From contig JBHIAV010000006.1 in the NCBI GenBank assembly GCA_046758745.1, positions 33,608-97,607 on the forward strand: 64,000 bases of DNA, in the 5' to 3' direction. The notes under the pieces are model-generated. The model saw only the letters and a list, made by a program, of their open reading frames with translations. It was not told the origin of the DNA and ran no database searches. Numbering within the stretch: position 1 is the stretch's first letter; the number at the start of each line of letters is the position of its first letter. This document shows positions 40,289-48,781 of this stretch, piece by piece. The DNA is from Gemmatimonadota bacterium (GTDB lineage: Bacteria > Gemmatimonadota > Gemmatimonadetes > Palauibacterales > Palauibacteraceae). Made by a program: the position numbers and the translations under genes.

Positions 40289-40981
40289 TCAGAACCCGTA
40301 TGTCCCCCCCGCTGCCAGAACGATCACCTCCGCGGTGGCCCCCACGCGCCTCGCGAAGGCATGCGGATCCTGACGAATCAGCTCCCACGTATCGTAATGG
40401 ATCGGGATCACCGCGCGAGGCCGAATCATCTCCACGGCGCGCGCGGCGTCCTCCGGACCCATGGTGAAGTTGTCGCCGATCGGGAGGAGCGCGACGTCCA
40501 CCTGACCCTGAAGGAGCTGCATCTCCATGAGAAGGGCCGTGTCGCCCGCGTGGTATATCCGGCTGCCGTCCACCGTGACGAGGAGGCCGGCGGGGACCGT
40601 CGTGTATCCCTCCGCCCCTTCCCCCGCCACCTGTCCGCCGTGCAGGGCGGGAGTGAGCTTCACCCGGCCGAACGGGAAGTCGTGACCGCCGCCGATGTGC
40701 ATCGGATGGGCGTTCTCCACTCCCTGGTGCGCCTGTGCGTAGCTCACGATCTCGAAGGTGGCGATCAACGTCGCTCCGGTCTTCCGCAGCAGCTCGTAGC
40801 CGTCTCCCGTATGATCGAAGTGCCCGTGCGTGAACAGGACGTAGTCCAGGCGGTCCTGGAAATGTTCCGGTCCGACGTCGGCCTTCGGGTTCTCGGTGAG
40901 GAACGGGTCTATGAGCAGCCGCGTGCCGTCGCCAGCCACGATCTCGGTGCAGGCGTGGCCGTGGAAGATCAGCTGGCCCAT
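40289..40981 (-). CDS. Metal-dependent hydrolase, MBL fold (UPF0173-like)
   Basis: GHAC, IDPF, THGHFDH, YHAGDT, LPIGDNFTMG, IPIHYDT. Confidence 0.92.
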   Translation of the reverse strand: MGQLIFHGHACTEIVAGDGTRLLIDPFLTENPKADVGPEHFQDRLDYVLFTHGHFDHTGDGYELLRKTGATLIATFEIVSYAQAHQGVENAHPMHIGGGHDFPFGRVKLTPALHGGQVAGEGAEGYTTVPAGLLVTVDGSRIYHAGDTALLMEMQLLQGQVDVALLPIGDNFTMGPEDAARAVEMIRPRAVIPIHYDTWELIRQDPHAFARRVGATAEVIVLAAGGTYGF

Positions 40982-41102
40982 TCATACCTCCTTCCGCACG
41001 AGACGAGGACCCCCGACCCGTGCCCGGATGGCGGCCCGGCGCGATCTCCGCGGTACAGGACGTGAGGCGCGGCGCCGGCGCGGTCGGGGTGGCGTTCGCG
41101 CA

Positions 41103-42437
41103 TCAGCCGCCGAGAGTCTCGACCAAGCTGTCGATCTCGGCCCGGTTCCGCTTCTCCGTGAAGGCGAGCAGCAGGCCGTCCGGGGCCCCCAGCTCGGGGA
41201 AGCGCGACAGGCTCACCCCGGCGAGCACGCCCCGCTCGATCCCGCGATCGAGGATCGCGTGTGAGTCCTCCTCCGTCGCCACGGCGAATTCCCGAACGAA
41301 CGGCGTGTGGGGGTGGAGCGGACGCACCCCCTCTACCTCCTCGAGTCGGCGACGCGCATAGTGAGCGTTCTGGGCGGACGTCTCGGCCACCTGGCGAAGG
41401 CCCTCTCTCCCGATCAGCGCGAGGTGGATGGTGGCTGCCAGCGCGTTCAAACCTTGATTCGTACAGATGTTGCTGGTGGCCTTCTCCCGACGGATCTGCT
41501 GCTCCCGCGCCTGGAGGGTGAGGACGTAGCCGCGCCGACCCTCCACATCGACGGTGGCGCCGACTATGCGACCGGGCATCTGCCGGATGTACTTGGACTT
41601 CGCGGCGAACAGGCCGACCCCCGGTCCTCCGAAGCTGAGCGAGTTGCCGAAGGGCTGCCCCTCGGCCACGACGATGTCCGCGCCACACTCGCCGGGCGAC
41701 CTCAGCAGGGCGAGGGAGACAGGGTCGGCCGCGACGACGAACAGCGCGCCGACGCCGTGCGCTCGCTCCGCGAGCGGCTCCAGGTCTTCGATGAGACCGA
41801 AGAAGTTCGGGTATTGGACGATCAGACAGGCGGACTCCTCATCCAGCCGTTCCCCGACCCCCTCCGGATCGAGGAGGCCGTCGTCTCCCGGCTTGACCTG
41901 CTCCAGCTCGATCGCCTGGCCGCTGACATACGTCTTCACGACCTTGCGGTAGTGAGGGTGGAGCGATCCTGCCGCGATGACCCGTCTCCGCCGGGTCACG
42001 GCCGTGGCCATCAGAGCGGCCTCTCCTGCCGCGGACGCACCGTCGTATAACGAGGCGTTCGCCACCTCCATGCCGGTGAGCTCGCAGATCATCGTCTGGA
42101 ACTCGTAGATGGCCTGGAGCGTGCCCTGTGCGACCTCCGGCTGGTAGGGGGTGTAGGCCGTGTAGAACTCGCTCCGTCGGACCAGGTGATCGACCGCCGC
42201 CGGCACGTAGTGGTCGTACAGCCCCGCTCCGGCGAAGCTGACCAGCGGAGCGTTGCCGTTCGCGAGCTCCCCCAGGAGCCGCACGGCCTCCCACTCGGAG
42301 AGGCCTTCGGGAACGTCCAGAGGCCGCTCCAGCACCAGGTCGGAGGGAACATCCTGGTACAGCTCCCGGACGCTGCCAATCCCGACCGCCTGTAGCATCG
42401 CTACGCGGTCCGAGGGGCCGTGCGGAACGAAGGACAT
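41103..42437 (-). CDS. gcvPA: Glycine dehydrogenase (decarboxylating) subunit 1
   Basis: FYTAYTPYQPE, ANASLYDG, REQQIRREKATSNICTNQ. Confidence 0.96.
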   Translation of the reverse strand: MSFVPHGPSDRVAMLQAVGIGSVRELYQDVPSDLVLERPLDVPEGLSEWEAVRLLGELANGNAPLVSFAGAGLYDHYVPAAVDHLVRRSEFYTAYTPYQPEVAQGTLQAIYEFQTMICELTGMEVANASLYDGASAAGEAALMATAVTRRRRVIAAGSLHPHYRKVVKTYVSGQAIELEQVKPGDDGLLDPEGVGERLDEESACLIVQYPNFFGLIEDLEPLAERAHGVGALFVVAADPVSLALLRSPGECGADIVVAEGQPFGNSLSFGGPGVGLFAAKSKYIRQMPGRIVGATVDVEGRRGYVLTLQAREQQIRREKATSNICTNQGLNALAATIHLALIGREGLRQVAETSAQNAHYARRRLEEVEGVRPLHPHTPFVREFAVATEEDSHAILDRGIERGVLAGVSLSRFPELGAPDGLLLAFTEKRNRAEIDSLVETLGG

Positions 42438-42443
42438 GCGGCC

Positions 42444-42833
42444 TCAGGCCTCGATGTGACTGCGGTACTCCTCGTCGGACAGCAGCGAATCGAGCTCGGA
42501 GGAATCCCTGAGTCTGAGGCGGATCATCCACCCTTCGTTGTAAGGGTCCGAGTTCACCAGGGCCGGATCCTCATCGAGGGCCTCGTTGACCGCCAGCACC
42601 TCGCCCGCCACGGGGCAATACAGCTCGGATACCGCCTTCACCGCCTCGATCGTCCCGAACACGTCCATACGCTCGAACGTGTCGCCGGGGCCTGGCAGCT
42701 CGACGAAGACCACATCGCCGAGCTCACTCTGGGCATAGTCCGTGATCCCGATGATGACTTCCGATTCCGAGTCGGTCTCGCGAACGTACTCGTGCTGTTC
42801 GCTGTACCGAAGCCCCTTCGGGATCTCTGACAT
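42444..42833 (-). CDS. gcvH: Glycine cleavage system H protein
   Basis: GITDYAQ.ELGD, IEAVKAVSEL lipoyl-Lys motif, NSDPY.EGW; ATG 42833. Confidence 0.96.
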   Translation of the reverse strand: MSEIPKGLRYSEQHEYVRETDSESEVIIGITDYAQSELGDVVFVELPGPGDTFERMDVFGTIEAVKAVSELYCPVAGEVLAVNEALDEDPALVNSDPYNEGWMIRLRLRDSSELDSLLSDEEYRSHIEA

Positions 42834-42890
42834 AAGATTCCTCCGACCGTGGATCCGAATTCCGGCACCTCGAGGTCCGCAGTGCCCGGG

Positions 42891-42920
42891 ACTATACCCA
42901 GCGCCGGTTCGGGGCGTCAA
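42891..42920 (-). promoter_or_regulatory. Putative sigma-70 promoter of the gcv operon
   Basis: Minus strand TTGACG-18 nt-TATAGT. Confidence 0.6.
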
Positions 42921-42977
42921 GGAGGTTTTCGCCCCGCGGGCGCCTAGCTTCCTCTCCGCCGCCGCTTGCGATAGGTG

Positions 42978-43006
42978 TTGAAACTTTTTTGCACGAACGA
43001 TAGGAT
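42978..43006 (+). promoter_or_regulatory. Putative sigma-70 promoter of the Phd-like gene
   Basis: TTGAAA-17 nt-TAGGAT in an AT-rich island. Confidence 0.6.
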
Positions 43007-43102
43007 TCTCTCGTATACATAGGTGATGAGAAATCGATCAATCCAAGTCGATCGGTCGGCGTCGCACTTCGCAGATGAGACCTGATGCAAGAGGAGACGA
43101 GT

Positions 43103-43315
43103 ATGGGGCGTAGGAAGAAGGTCGGGCTGAAGGTGAGGGTCAGCGGCGACACGGCATTCGTGAGCACCACGGATATTCGCACCAACTTCACGGCGATCTA
43201 CGACCGCGTGCTGAGGAAGTATCCGACGATCGTGGTGGAGAGGAACGGACAGCCGGTCGCCGTGCTGAAGCGACCCTCCGAGGTCGAGGCGGCCGTGACC
43301 GTGGAGGAGTTCTAG
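43103..43315 (+). CDS. Phd/YefM antitoxin-like small protein (no adjacent toxin)
   Basis: FVSTTDIRTNFTAIYDRV....TIVVERNGQPVAVL matches the Phd_YefM pattern; SD GAGGAG before ATG 43103. Confidence 0.75.
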   Translation: MGRRKKVGLKVRVSGDTAFVSTTDIRTNFTAIYDRVLRKYPTIVVERNGQPVAVLKRPSEVEAAVTVEEF

Positions 43316-43369
43316 CGAACCGCTCTCACCGGGCGTGCACCGCGCAGCCCGGGCATCCCGTCGAACCGA

Positions 43370-44038
43370 CTACCCCCGCCGACGCTCGATTCGGCGAGCC
43401 CGCCGCTCGGCCCGGATGCGGCGCTTCGCTTCCCGGCTCGACTCGCCCGGATAGCGCGTCCGCACCTCGACCCCACCCATCATGGCGAAGCCGTTGATCT
43501 TGAGCACGGGAGCCTGCGGACCCGGGTCGCCGGCCACCTGATCGAGCTGCTCGAACCCACCCATGATGGCGACGCCGTTCGTGTGGACTTCCAGACCCGG
43601 CGGCACGATCACGCCCGTGCCTCCCATGAGCGCCAGGATGGTCACCTCGGTGACGCCCGGGGGCAGCCTCGCCTCCCGAAAGTCGAGCTCGGCGCCCCCG
43701 CACACCGCCACGACGTACAGGTGCCGGGGGGGTGTCCACGCTCCACTCCTCTCGTGCCCACCCAGGACCGCCACGATCAGCCCGCGCTCGGAGACCGAAG
43801 CGGGCGGCGCGGCCGAGACCGGGGCGGAGGCTGGAAGTGTCTCCTCGCGGAGTACCGGCAGGTCGGCGAGAACGGCCTTCAGCGCGGTCACCGTCATCGC
43901 CCGGTAGGAGCGGTCGAGGCGGGCCTCGAACTCCTCGACGCTCAGGCGGTCTTGCGCGAAGTGGGTGCACAGGGCCTGCACCGTCTCCTCGCGGGCCTGC
44001 GGGGAGGGGACCTCCTGCGGCAGATCGCCGTCGTTCAT
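43370..44038 (-). CDS. DUF1707 (SHOCT-like) plus LiaF/DUF2154-like domain protein
   Basis: RE..VQAL..HFAQDRL..EEFEARL...L..VLADLP; GGAELDFREA, MGG..VIVPPG. Confidence 0.85.
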   Translation of the reverse strand: MNDGDLPQEVPSPQAREETVQALCTHFAQDRLSVEEFEARLDRSYRAMTVTALKAVLADLPVLREETLPASAPVSAAPPASVSERGLIVAVLGGHERSGAWTPPRHLYVVAVCGGAELDFREARLPPGVTEVTILALMGGTGVIVPPGLEVHTNGVAIMGGFEQLDQVAGDPGPQAPVLKINGFAMMGGVEVRTRYPGESSREAKRRIRAERRARRIERRRG

Positions 44039-44100
44039 GCGACGCCCTCAGCCTCTCGGCGGGAATCGATCAAGCGGGCGAGCCACTCACTCACAGCCAT
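44035..44100 (-). CDS. Putative 21-aa leader ORF coupled to the DUF1707 gene
   Basis: SD GGAGGGGAGAG then ATG; MAVSEWLARLIDSRREAEGVA*, stop overlaps the DUF1707 ATG (ATGA). Confidence 0.4.
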   Translation of the reverse strand: MAVSEWLARLIDSRREAEGVA

Positions 44101-44194
44101 CTCTCCCCTCCAAATATAGGATCGTGCCGATGGCCACGCCCGACATGAGACCAGCGACGCAGGGCGGGCCTGTGCCCGCCGCGCTCCTCCGCGC

Positions 44195-44872
44195 TCACCC
44201 CAGCAGCCAGAAGGCGCCCACACCGCCGGCCACCGCCGCGAGCCCGCCAAGCAGGATCCCGTACGCCCGGTCGCCGGCGGCCGCTACCAGTCGCTCCGCA
44301 ATCAGCCCGGCCAGCGCGGCAAACGTGAGCATGCCGGCCACGGTGCCCATCGCGAAGCCGGAGAGGTAGACGACGGAAGCGGCGAGGGACGGCAGGGCCA
44401 GCGCCGGAAGCACCCCCACCAGGTGCGAGCTCCCCGCCACCCCGTGAAGAACACCGATGACCAGGGCGGCGTGCTCATGCGCGTGGGCCGCCGGATGTGA
44501 GTGCGAACCGGCGCCGCCGCGCAGATGGATGTGGAGGTGCGTGTGTCGGTGACCATCGTGCTCGTGCTCGTGGGCGTGCAGGCGACCGGATAGCGCACGC
44601 CGGAGGGCCCACAGGCCGATCCCTACGAGGGCGAGCCCCACCAGTCGCTCGCCGTGCCCGGCGACCAGCTCCAACGGGATGACCCGGCGAAACAGGAGGA
44701 CGAGCGCGCCGACGGCGAGCGCACCCAACGCGTGGCCGAGACCCCACCGCAGGCCGGTGCGCCACGCGCGGGGGCCGGCCTCCGCCGCCAGAGGGGCCAC
44801 CGCGGCCAGATGGTCCGGCCCGGCGAGCACGTGAATCATCCCGGCGGCGAGTCCGGCAAGGACGGGTAGCAA
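44195..44872 (-). CDS. High-affinity nickel/cobalt transporter (UreH/NicO-like)
   Basis: HVLAGPDHLAAV, WGLGH, His-rich loop HAHEHEHDGHRHTHLHIH, GVLHGVAG. Confidence 0.88.
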   Translation of the reverse strand: MLPVLAGLAAGMIHVLAGPDHLAAVAPLAAEAGPRAWRTGLRWGLGHALGALAVGALVLLFRRVIPLELVAGHGERLVGLALVGIGLWALRRALSGRLHAHEHEHDGHRHTHLHIHLRGGAGSHSHPAAHAHEHAALVIGVLHGVAGSSHLVGVLPALALPSLAASVVYLSGFAMGTVAGMLTFAALAGLIAERLVAAAGDRAYGILLGGLAAVAGGVGAFWLLG

Positions 44873-45053
44873 GCCCAGAGACCCTAGCTCCTCCGCTGGT
44901 GTTGGACGCGTGGCGGGGCGCCGCGCTCGACGGCCCGCAACGGCCCGGCTCCGATGAGGCAGGCCGGATCGGGCGGCGAGACGGCGGGCAGCCCAACACT
45001 AGACGTGGAGCGAGAGCACGACAAGGAAGCCGGTCGAGTGCGGTGCGTGGCGC

Positions 45054-45082
45054 TTGCCGACCCCCGGAGCTCCGTCTAGCTT
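45054..45082 (+). promoter_or_regulatory. Putative sigma-70 promoter for the structured RNA/sORF
   Basis: TTGCCG-17 nt-TAGCTT; the first hairpin begins about 9 nt downstream. Confidence 0.55.
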
Positions 45083-45088
45083 TCTGGT

Positions 45089-45300
45089 ACGCCGGGGCAC
45101 AGGGAGGGTGGATGTCCCTGCCGCGGCGCCGGTGCTCGGCCCGATCCGTTCACTCAGCAAAGGAGGTGATCCAGTGTCCGAAGGGAGTAGATTCGAGTCT
45201 GACTCGACACGGGCAAGCGGTCGCCTTGGAGTGATTCGCTAGGGGAGGTGTTCTTCCCGCGCCGGCCTCTCGCCGAGGCACGGCGCGTGCCTGGCCGGCG
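45089..45300 (+). ncRNA. Putative structured small RNA/mRNA with a 16-nt complement to the 16S rRNA 3' end
   Basis: 5' stems 45091-45100/45132-45140 and 45100-45105/45115-45120; AAAGGAGGTGATCCAG at 45159-45174; 3' stems 45242-45258 and 45260-45300. Confidence 0.5.
45174..45242 (+). CDS. Putative 22-aa micropeptide MSEGSRFESDSTRASGRLGVIR
   Basis: GTG 7 nt after the GGAGG core of an extended SD; stop TAG 45240-45242 runs directly into a hairpin. Confidence 0.5.
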   Translation: MSEGSRFESDSTRASGRLGVIR

Positions 45301-45473
45301 GAGCCGTGAGAGGCGCCGCGTCGAGTTGGGCCGAAGAGTACCCCGCGGCCGCAGCGCTCTCCCCGAGCCTGCGGCCGTCTGTTTTCCCAATCGCCCGCAC
45401 CCATCCATCCGGCCGGTGCCCGGGGAAGCGATTCCCGTTGAACGCGTTTCACGTCAGGACGGAGCGAACGGAT

Positions 45474-46691
45474 GTGGAGCTCTTCGTAGCGCGGCAGCCG
45501 ATCTTCGATCGGCAGGACCGGCTCTTCGGGTACGAGCTGTTGTATCGCGGCAGCCGAGAGGCCTCGGTTGCAGGTGGTGCCCCCCCGCACCAGATGACGT
45601 GCGAGGTGATCGCCAACGCCTTTCTGGAGCTAGGGATCGACCGCGTGGCGCACGGCAGGCCGGCCTTCATCAACGTGACCCGGCAGATGCTCCTCGACGG
45701 CCATCTCTCCCTGCTACCCGCAGATTCTATCGGCTTCGAGATCCCGGCCCGGTTGGCCCATGACCCGGAAATCGCGGTGGCCTGCCGGGAGCTGGCGGAG
45801 GGGGGGTACCGCCTTGTCCTCGACGGCTTCACGGAGAGCGCACGAGTCGGCTCCCTTCTCGAGCTCTGCGAGCTGACCAAGATCGACGTGCTGGGACGCG
45901 ATCCCGGCGAGCTGGCCCGGACGATCGAGGTCCTCTCTCCCTCAGCCGCTCGGGCGGTCGCCGTCCGGGTGCAGAGTCGCGAGTTGCGGAGGAGGAGCCT
46001 CGAGGTCGGATTCGACCTCTTCCAGGGCAACTTCTTCAGGTCGCCCGATCTCCTGGTCGCGCGGAGAATGTCGGTGGAGCTCGCCGAGGTCGTTCGCCTG
46101 CACAACCTGCTTCTCGACGAAACGGAGGAGGAGGATCTCGTGCGGGTACTCCGCTCGGCTCCCGGGCTGGCGTACCGGCTGCTCCGCATGGCGAGCACCT
46201 CATGGCCGGGCGGCACGAGCATCGGGTCGATCGAAGGGGCGCTCCGGCTCGTGGGGCGCGATCTGCTTCGTCGGTGGCTCTCGATCCTTCTCGTCTCATC
46301 GGCTGCCGGAACCGGAGGAGTGGGAGAGCAGCTGGCCGCCGAGGCCCTGTTTCGCGCCAGATTCCTGGAGCTCCTGGCCGGCGAAGACGGTGCATCGGCA
46401 GGTTCCTTCTACCTCACCGGCCTGGTCTCCGGGCTCGACGCCCTTCTCGGCATGCCGATGAGCGACGTGCTTTCCCTCATCGACCTACCCGAGGAGGTGC
46501 GGGAGGCGCTGGGAGCGCGAGCCGGACGGCTCGGCGAGATGCTGGACCTCGTCGAGGCGTACGAGGGGGCCGACTGGGCTCGAGTGACCAATGCGGCGAC
46601 CCCGCTGGGGATCGGGCAAGAGGGCCTCTCCGACCGGTACCGCGAGGCGCTCGTTTGGTCCCGGGAGAGGCTCCTGGCGGGGGGCGGCTGA
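45474..46691 (+). CDS. EAL-HDOD domain protein (YuxH/PdeH-like), EAL probably degenerate
   Basis: FVARQPIFD, YELLYR, AFIN, FQGNFF; HDOD LAYRLLR...SI..AL...G, RARFLE, GLVSGLDALL. Confidence 0.88.
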   Translation: MELFVARQPIFDRQDRLFGYELLYRGSREASVAGGAPPHQMTCEVIANAFLELGIDRVAHGRPAFINVTRQMLLDGHLSLLPADSIGFEIPARLAHDPEIAVACRELAEGGYRLVLDGFTESARVGSLLELCELTKIDVLGRDPGELARTIEVLSPSAARAVAVRVQSRELRRRSLEVGFDLFQGNFFRSPDLLVARRMSVELAEVVRLHNLLLDETEEEDLVRVLRSAPGLAYRLLRMASTSWPGGTSIGSIEGALRLVGRDLLRRWLSILLVSSAAGTGGVGEQLAAEALFRARFLELLAGEDGASAGSFYLTGLVSGLDALLGMPMSDVLSLIDLPEEVREALGARAGRLGEMLDLVEAYEGADWARVTNAATPLGIGQEGLSDRYREALVWSRERLLAGGG

Positions 46692-46720
46692 CCTCGCGCG
46701 GCCGATGCCGCGGCCGTGGA

Positions 46721-47488
46721 TCAGCGAGACCGGAACTCTCCGTACCGGATGACCAGCACGGCCGCGGCCAGCAAAGCGAGCCCGTACCCGACCACGAGGA
46801 GCACGGAGCCGGCCGGGGGAACGTGCCCGGCGAACAGGGCCCCCTTCATCGCATCGAGGGCCTCTATCGGTGGCAGGAGTAGCCGCAGGACCGGGATGGC
46901 GCGCTCCGCTCCACCGGCCCAGTGTCCCTCGGCTAGGCGCGCCAGGGTCGAGGGCGCCAGCGCGAGCGGGACGACGAGCAGGGCGTCCCCCCTATCGAGC
47001 CAGGTCGACGCGAGGAAGATGGGCGAGCCGATCGCCAGCGCGTACCCGCCTGCCACGAGGACCGCTCCCGACAAGCTGAGCGGACGGCCGAGCCCCGACG
47101 CGGCCCACGTGCTCGCTGCCCCGAGAGCGAGTCCGGCGACAGCGAGGCAGACGAGGCTGGCCAGGTAGCAGGCCAGGAAGTAACCAGGTCGGGAGATCGG
47201 TCGCGCCAGGATGGTGCGGAACGTCCCCTCCCGACGACCGCGCGCCACGATCCCCTCCCAGAGTAGCAGGGCACCCGCGCCGAGCATCAGTCCGATCGGC
47301 CCCGACAGCGGGTGGGCGTCTGCCGTCACACTCAGGCCATCGCGGAGGCCGCTCACCGCAGGGGTTCGCGCCGCGGCGCGCAGCCCGACCAGGTGCGGTC
47401 CCGCGAGGAGCATCGCCCCCCCCAGAAGGAGGCCGAGCCGCCCGACCCGGTCACGAACGAGGAGCGGAAAGTATCGTAGTAGGGTCAC
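46721..47488 (-). CDS. ABC-2 type transporter permease
   Basis: Multiple TM helices; 'REGTFRTILARPISR' ABC-2 motif; GTG overlaps the upstream stop. Confidence 0.8.
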   Translation of the reverse strand: MTLLRYFPLLVRDRVGRLGLLLGGAMLLAGPHLVGLRAAARTPAVSGLRDGLSVTADAHPLSGPIGLMLGAGALLLWEGIVARGRREGTFRTILARPISRPGYFLACYLASLVCLAVAGLALGAASTWAASGLGRPLSLSGAVLVAGGYALAIGSPIFLASTWLDRGDALLVVPLALAPSTLARLAEGHWAGGAERAIPVLRLLLPPIEALDAMKGALFAGHVPPAGSVLLVVGYGLALLAAAVLVIRYGEFRSR

Positions 47489-48396
47489 GGCCGCTCCCCG
47501 CCGACTCGCTCGAACGCCTTCCGCACCGTCCGCTCCAAGGAGGGCAACTGCGGTATCAGCGCCTCGAGCACCCCGCCGGCGGCCAGGAAGACCGCCAGGG
47601 CGCGGCTCAGGTCGGCCGGCGCGACCGAGGAAACGCGGTAGCCATCCTCCACCCGCACCGCCGCGGGAAGGAAGCGGTCCAGCGGCACGGGCCCGGAGGT
47701 GCGGACGAAGACCTCGCTGACAGCCGGGCGCCGGAGGTCGATGAGCTCCCGAAGGCGTCCGCGGTCGATGAGCGCCACTCGGTCCGCCACGCGCTCGATT
47801 TCGTGCAGGTCGTGCGATGCGATGAGGATCGTCCGGCGGGGGTTTTCCGTCCGTAGCTCCCGGAGGAGATCCCGGAAGCGAACGCGCCACAGCGGGTCGA
47901 GCCCCACGGAGGGCTCATCCAGCAGGAGGAGCTCGCGCGGCCGGAGGAGGAGCTGAGCGATCCCTACCCGCTGGCGATTCCCTTTGGAGAGGGACTTGAT
48001 GCGTTTGGCGGCATGCTCGCCGAGCCCTACGCGGGCGATGGCCAGGCGGACCCGCCGGTCCAGCTCCGCGCCGCGGAGCCCGTCGAGAATGCCGAGGCGC
48101 CGGAGTGCTTCGGGAACCCGCTGGTGCCCCGGAAGCTCCACCATCTCCGGCAGGTAGCCGATCCCGGTCGCGCGGGCATAGAGGCGAGGCTCTTCGTCCG
48201 CCACCCTGACGGTGCCGCCGGTCGGCCTCAGGTAACCGAGGATGAGGCCCAGAATGGTCGACTTCCCCGCGCCGTTCGGTCCCACGATGGCGAAACACTC
48301 TCCGCGCCCCACGCGGAAGCTCATCCCATCGAGCGCCAGCGCGCTCCGACCGAAGGGCACCCCGTAGCGCTTCCGGACGTCCTCGAAGGCGATCAT
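47485..48396 (-). CDS. ABC transporter ATP-binding protein (exporter type)
   Basis: GPNGAGKS, LSKGNRQR, LLLDEP, SH. Confidence 0.93.
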   Translation of the reverse strand: MIAFEDVRKRYGVPFGRSALALDGMSFRVGRGECFAIVGPNGAGKSTILGLILGYLRPTGGTVRVADEEPRLYARATGIGYLPEMVELPGHQRVPEALRRLGILDGLRGAELDRRVRLAIARVGLGEHAAKRIKSLSKGNRQRVGIAQLLLRPRELLLLDEPSVGLDPLWRVRFRDLLRELRTENPRRTILIASHDLHEIERVADRVALIDRGRLRELIDLRRPAVSEVFVRTSGPVPLDRFLPAAVRVEDGYRVSSVAPADLSRALAVFLAAGGVLEALIPQLPSLERTVRKAFERVGGERP

Positions 48397-48607
48397 CGGG
48401 GCCGCCTCGCCTCCCCGGAGAGCACTCCCGCCCTTGGAGACCCGCTCTCACTCATGCGCCAACGTTCCGGAGCGCCCTCATCATTCTCTCAACCCAGGGC
48501 GGAGAGCGGCGGAGGCCGATTGCAACCTTTTCGGCGCTCCTCTCGTCTATACCTGTGCAGGTGGCAAATGGAACGGACTACGGGGCCGGGAAGCGGGGAG
48601 GCGGAAG

Positions 48608-48763
48608 ATGACGACGAAGAGAAGCCAGATGATACTGGAGAGGCAGCGACGGGTGATGCTCCGATGGTGCCGGCGCTACGGCCTCTCGCGCCACGAGTTC
48701 CTCCGCCGGCACGGGGCCGACGCCCTCCTCCGGGCCGCCCGCCGGCCGGCGCTCGCGGCCTAA
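48608..48763 (+). CDS. Small Arg-rich hypothetical protein (51 aa) ending in ALAA
   Basis: SD GGGGAGG upstream; fills an intergenic gap; GC3-rich codons. Confidence 0.55.
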   Translation: MTTKRSQMILERQRRVMLRWCRRYGLSRHEFLRRHGADALLRAARRPALAA

Positions 48764-48781
48764 CCCGGTCCGGAGCCCGAG

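Noticed and set aside
45159-45180. 16S rRNA gene 3' fragment on the minus strand
   Set aside because: The match stops after 16 nt (TGTCCG instead of the CCGCA expected for rRNA) and there is no further rRNA-like sequence; treated as an SD-like element instead
45089-45473. Known c-di-GMP or NiCo riboswitch
   Set aside because: I could not match GEMM-I/II or NiCo consensus elements by eye; an Rfam scan is needed to exclude them formally
48560-48780. tmRNA (ORF ending in ALAA)
   Set aside because: No tRNA-like 5'/3' ends; the ORF has its own SD and ATG
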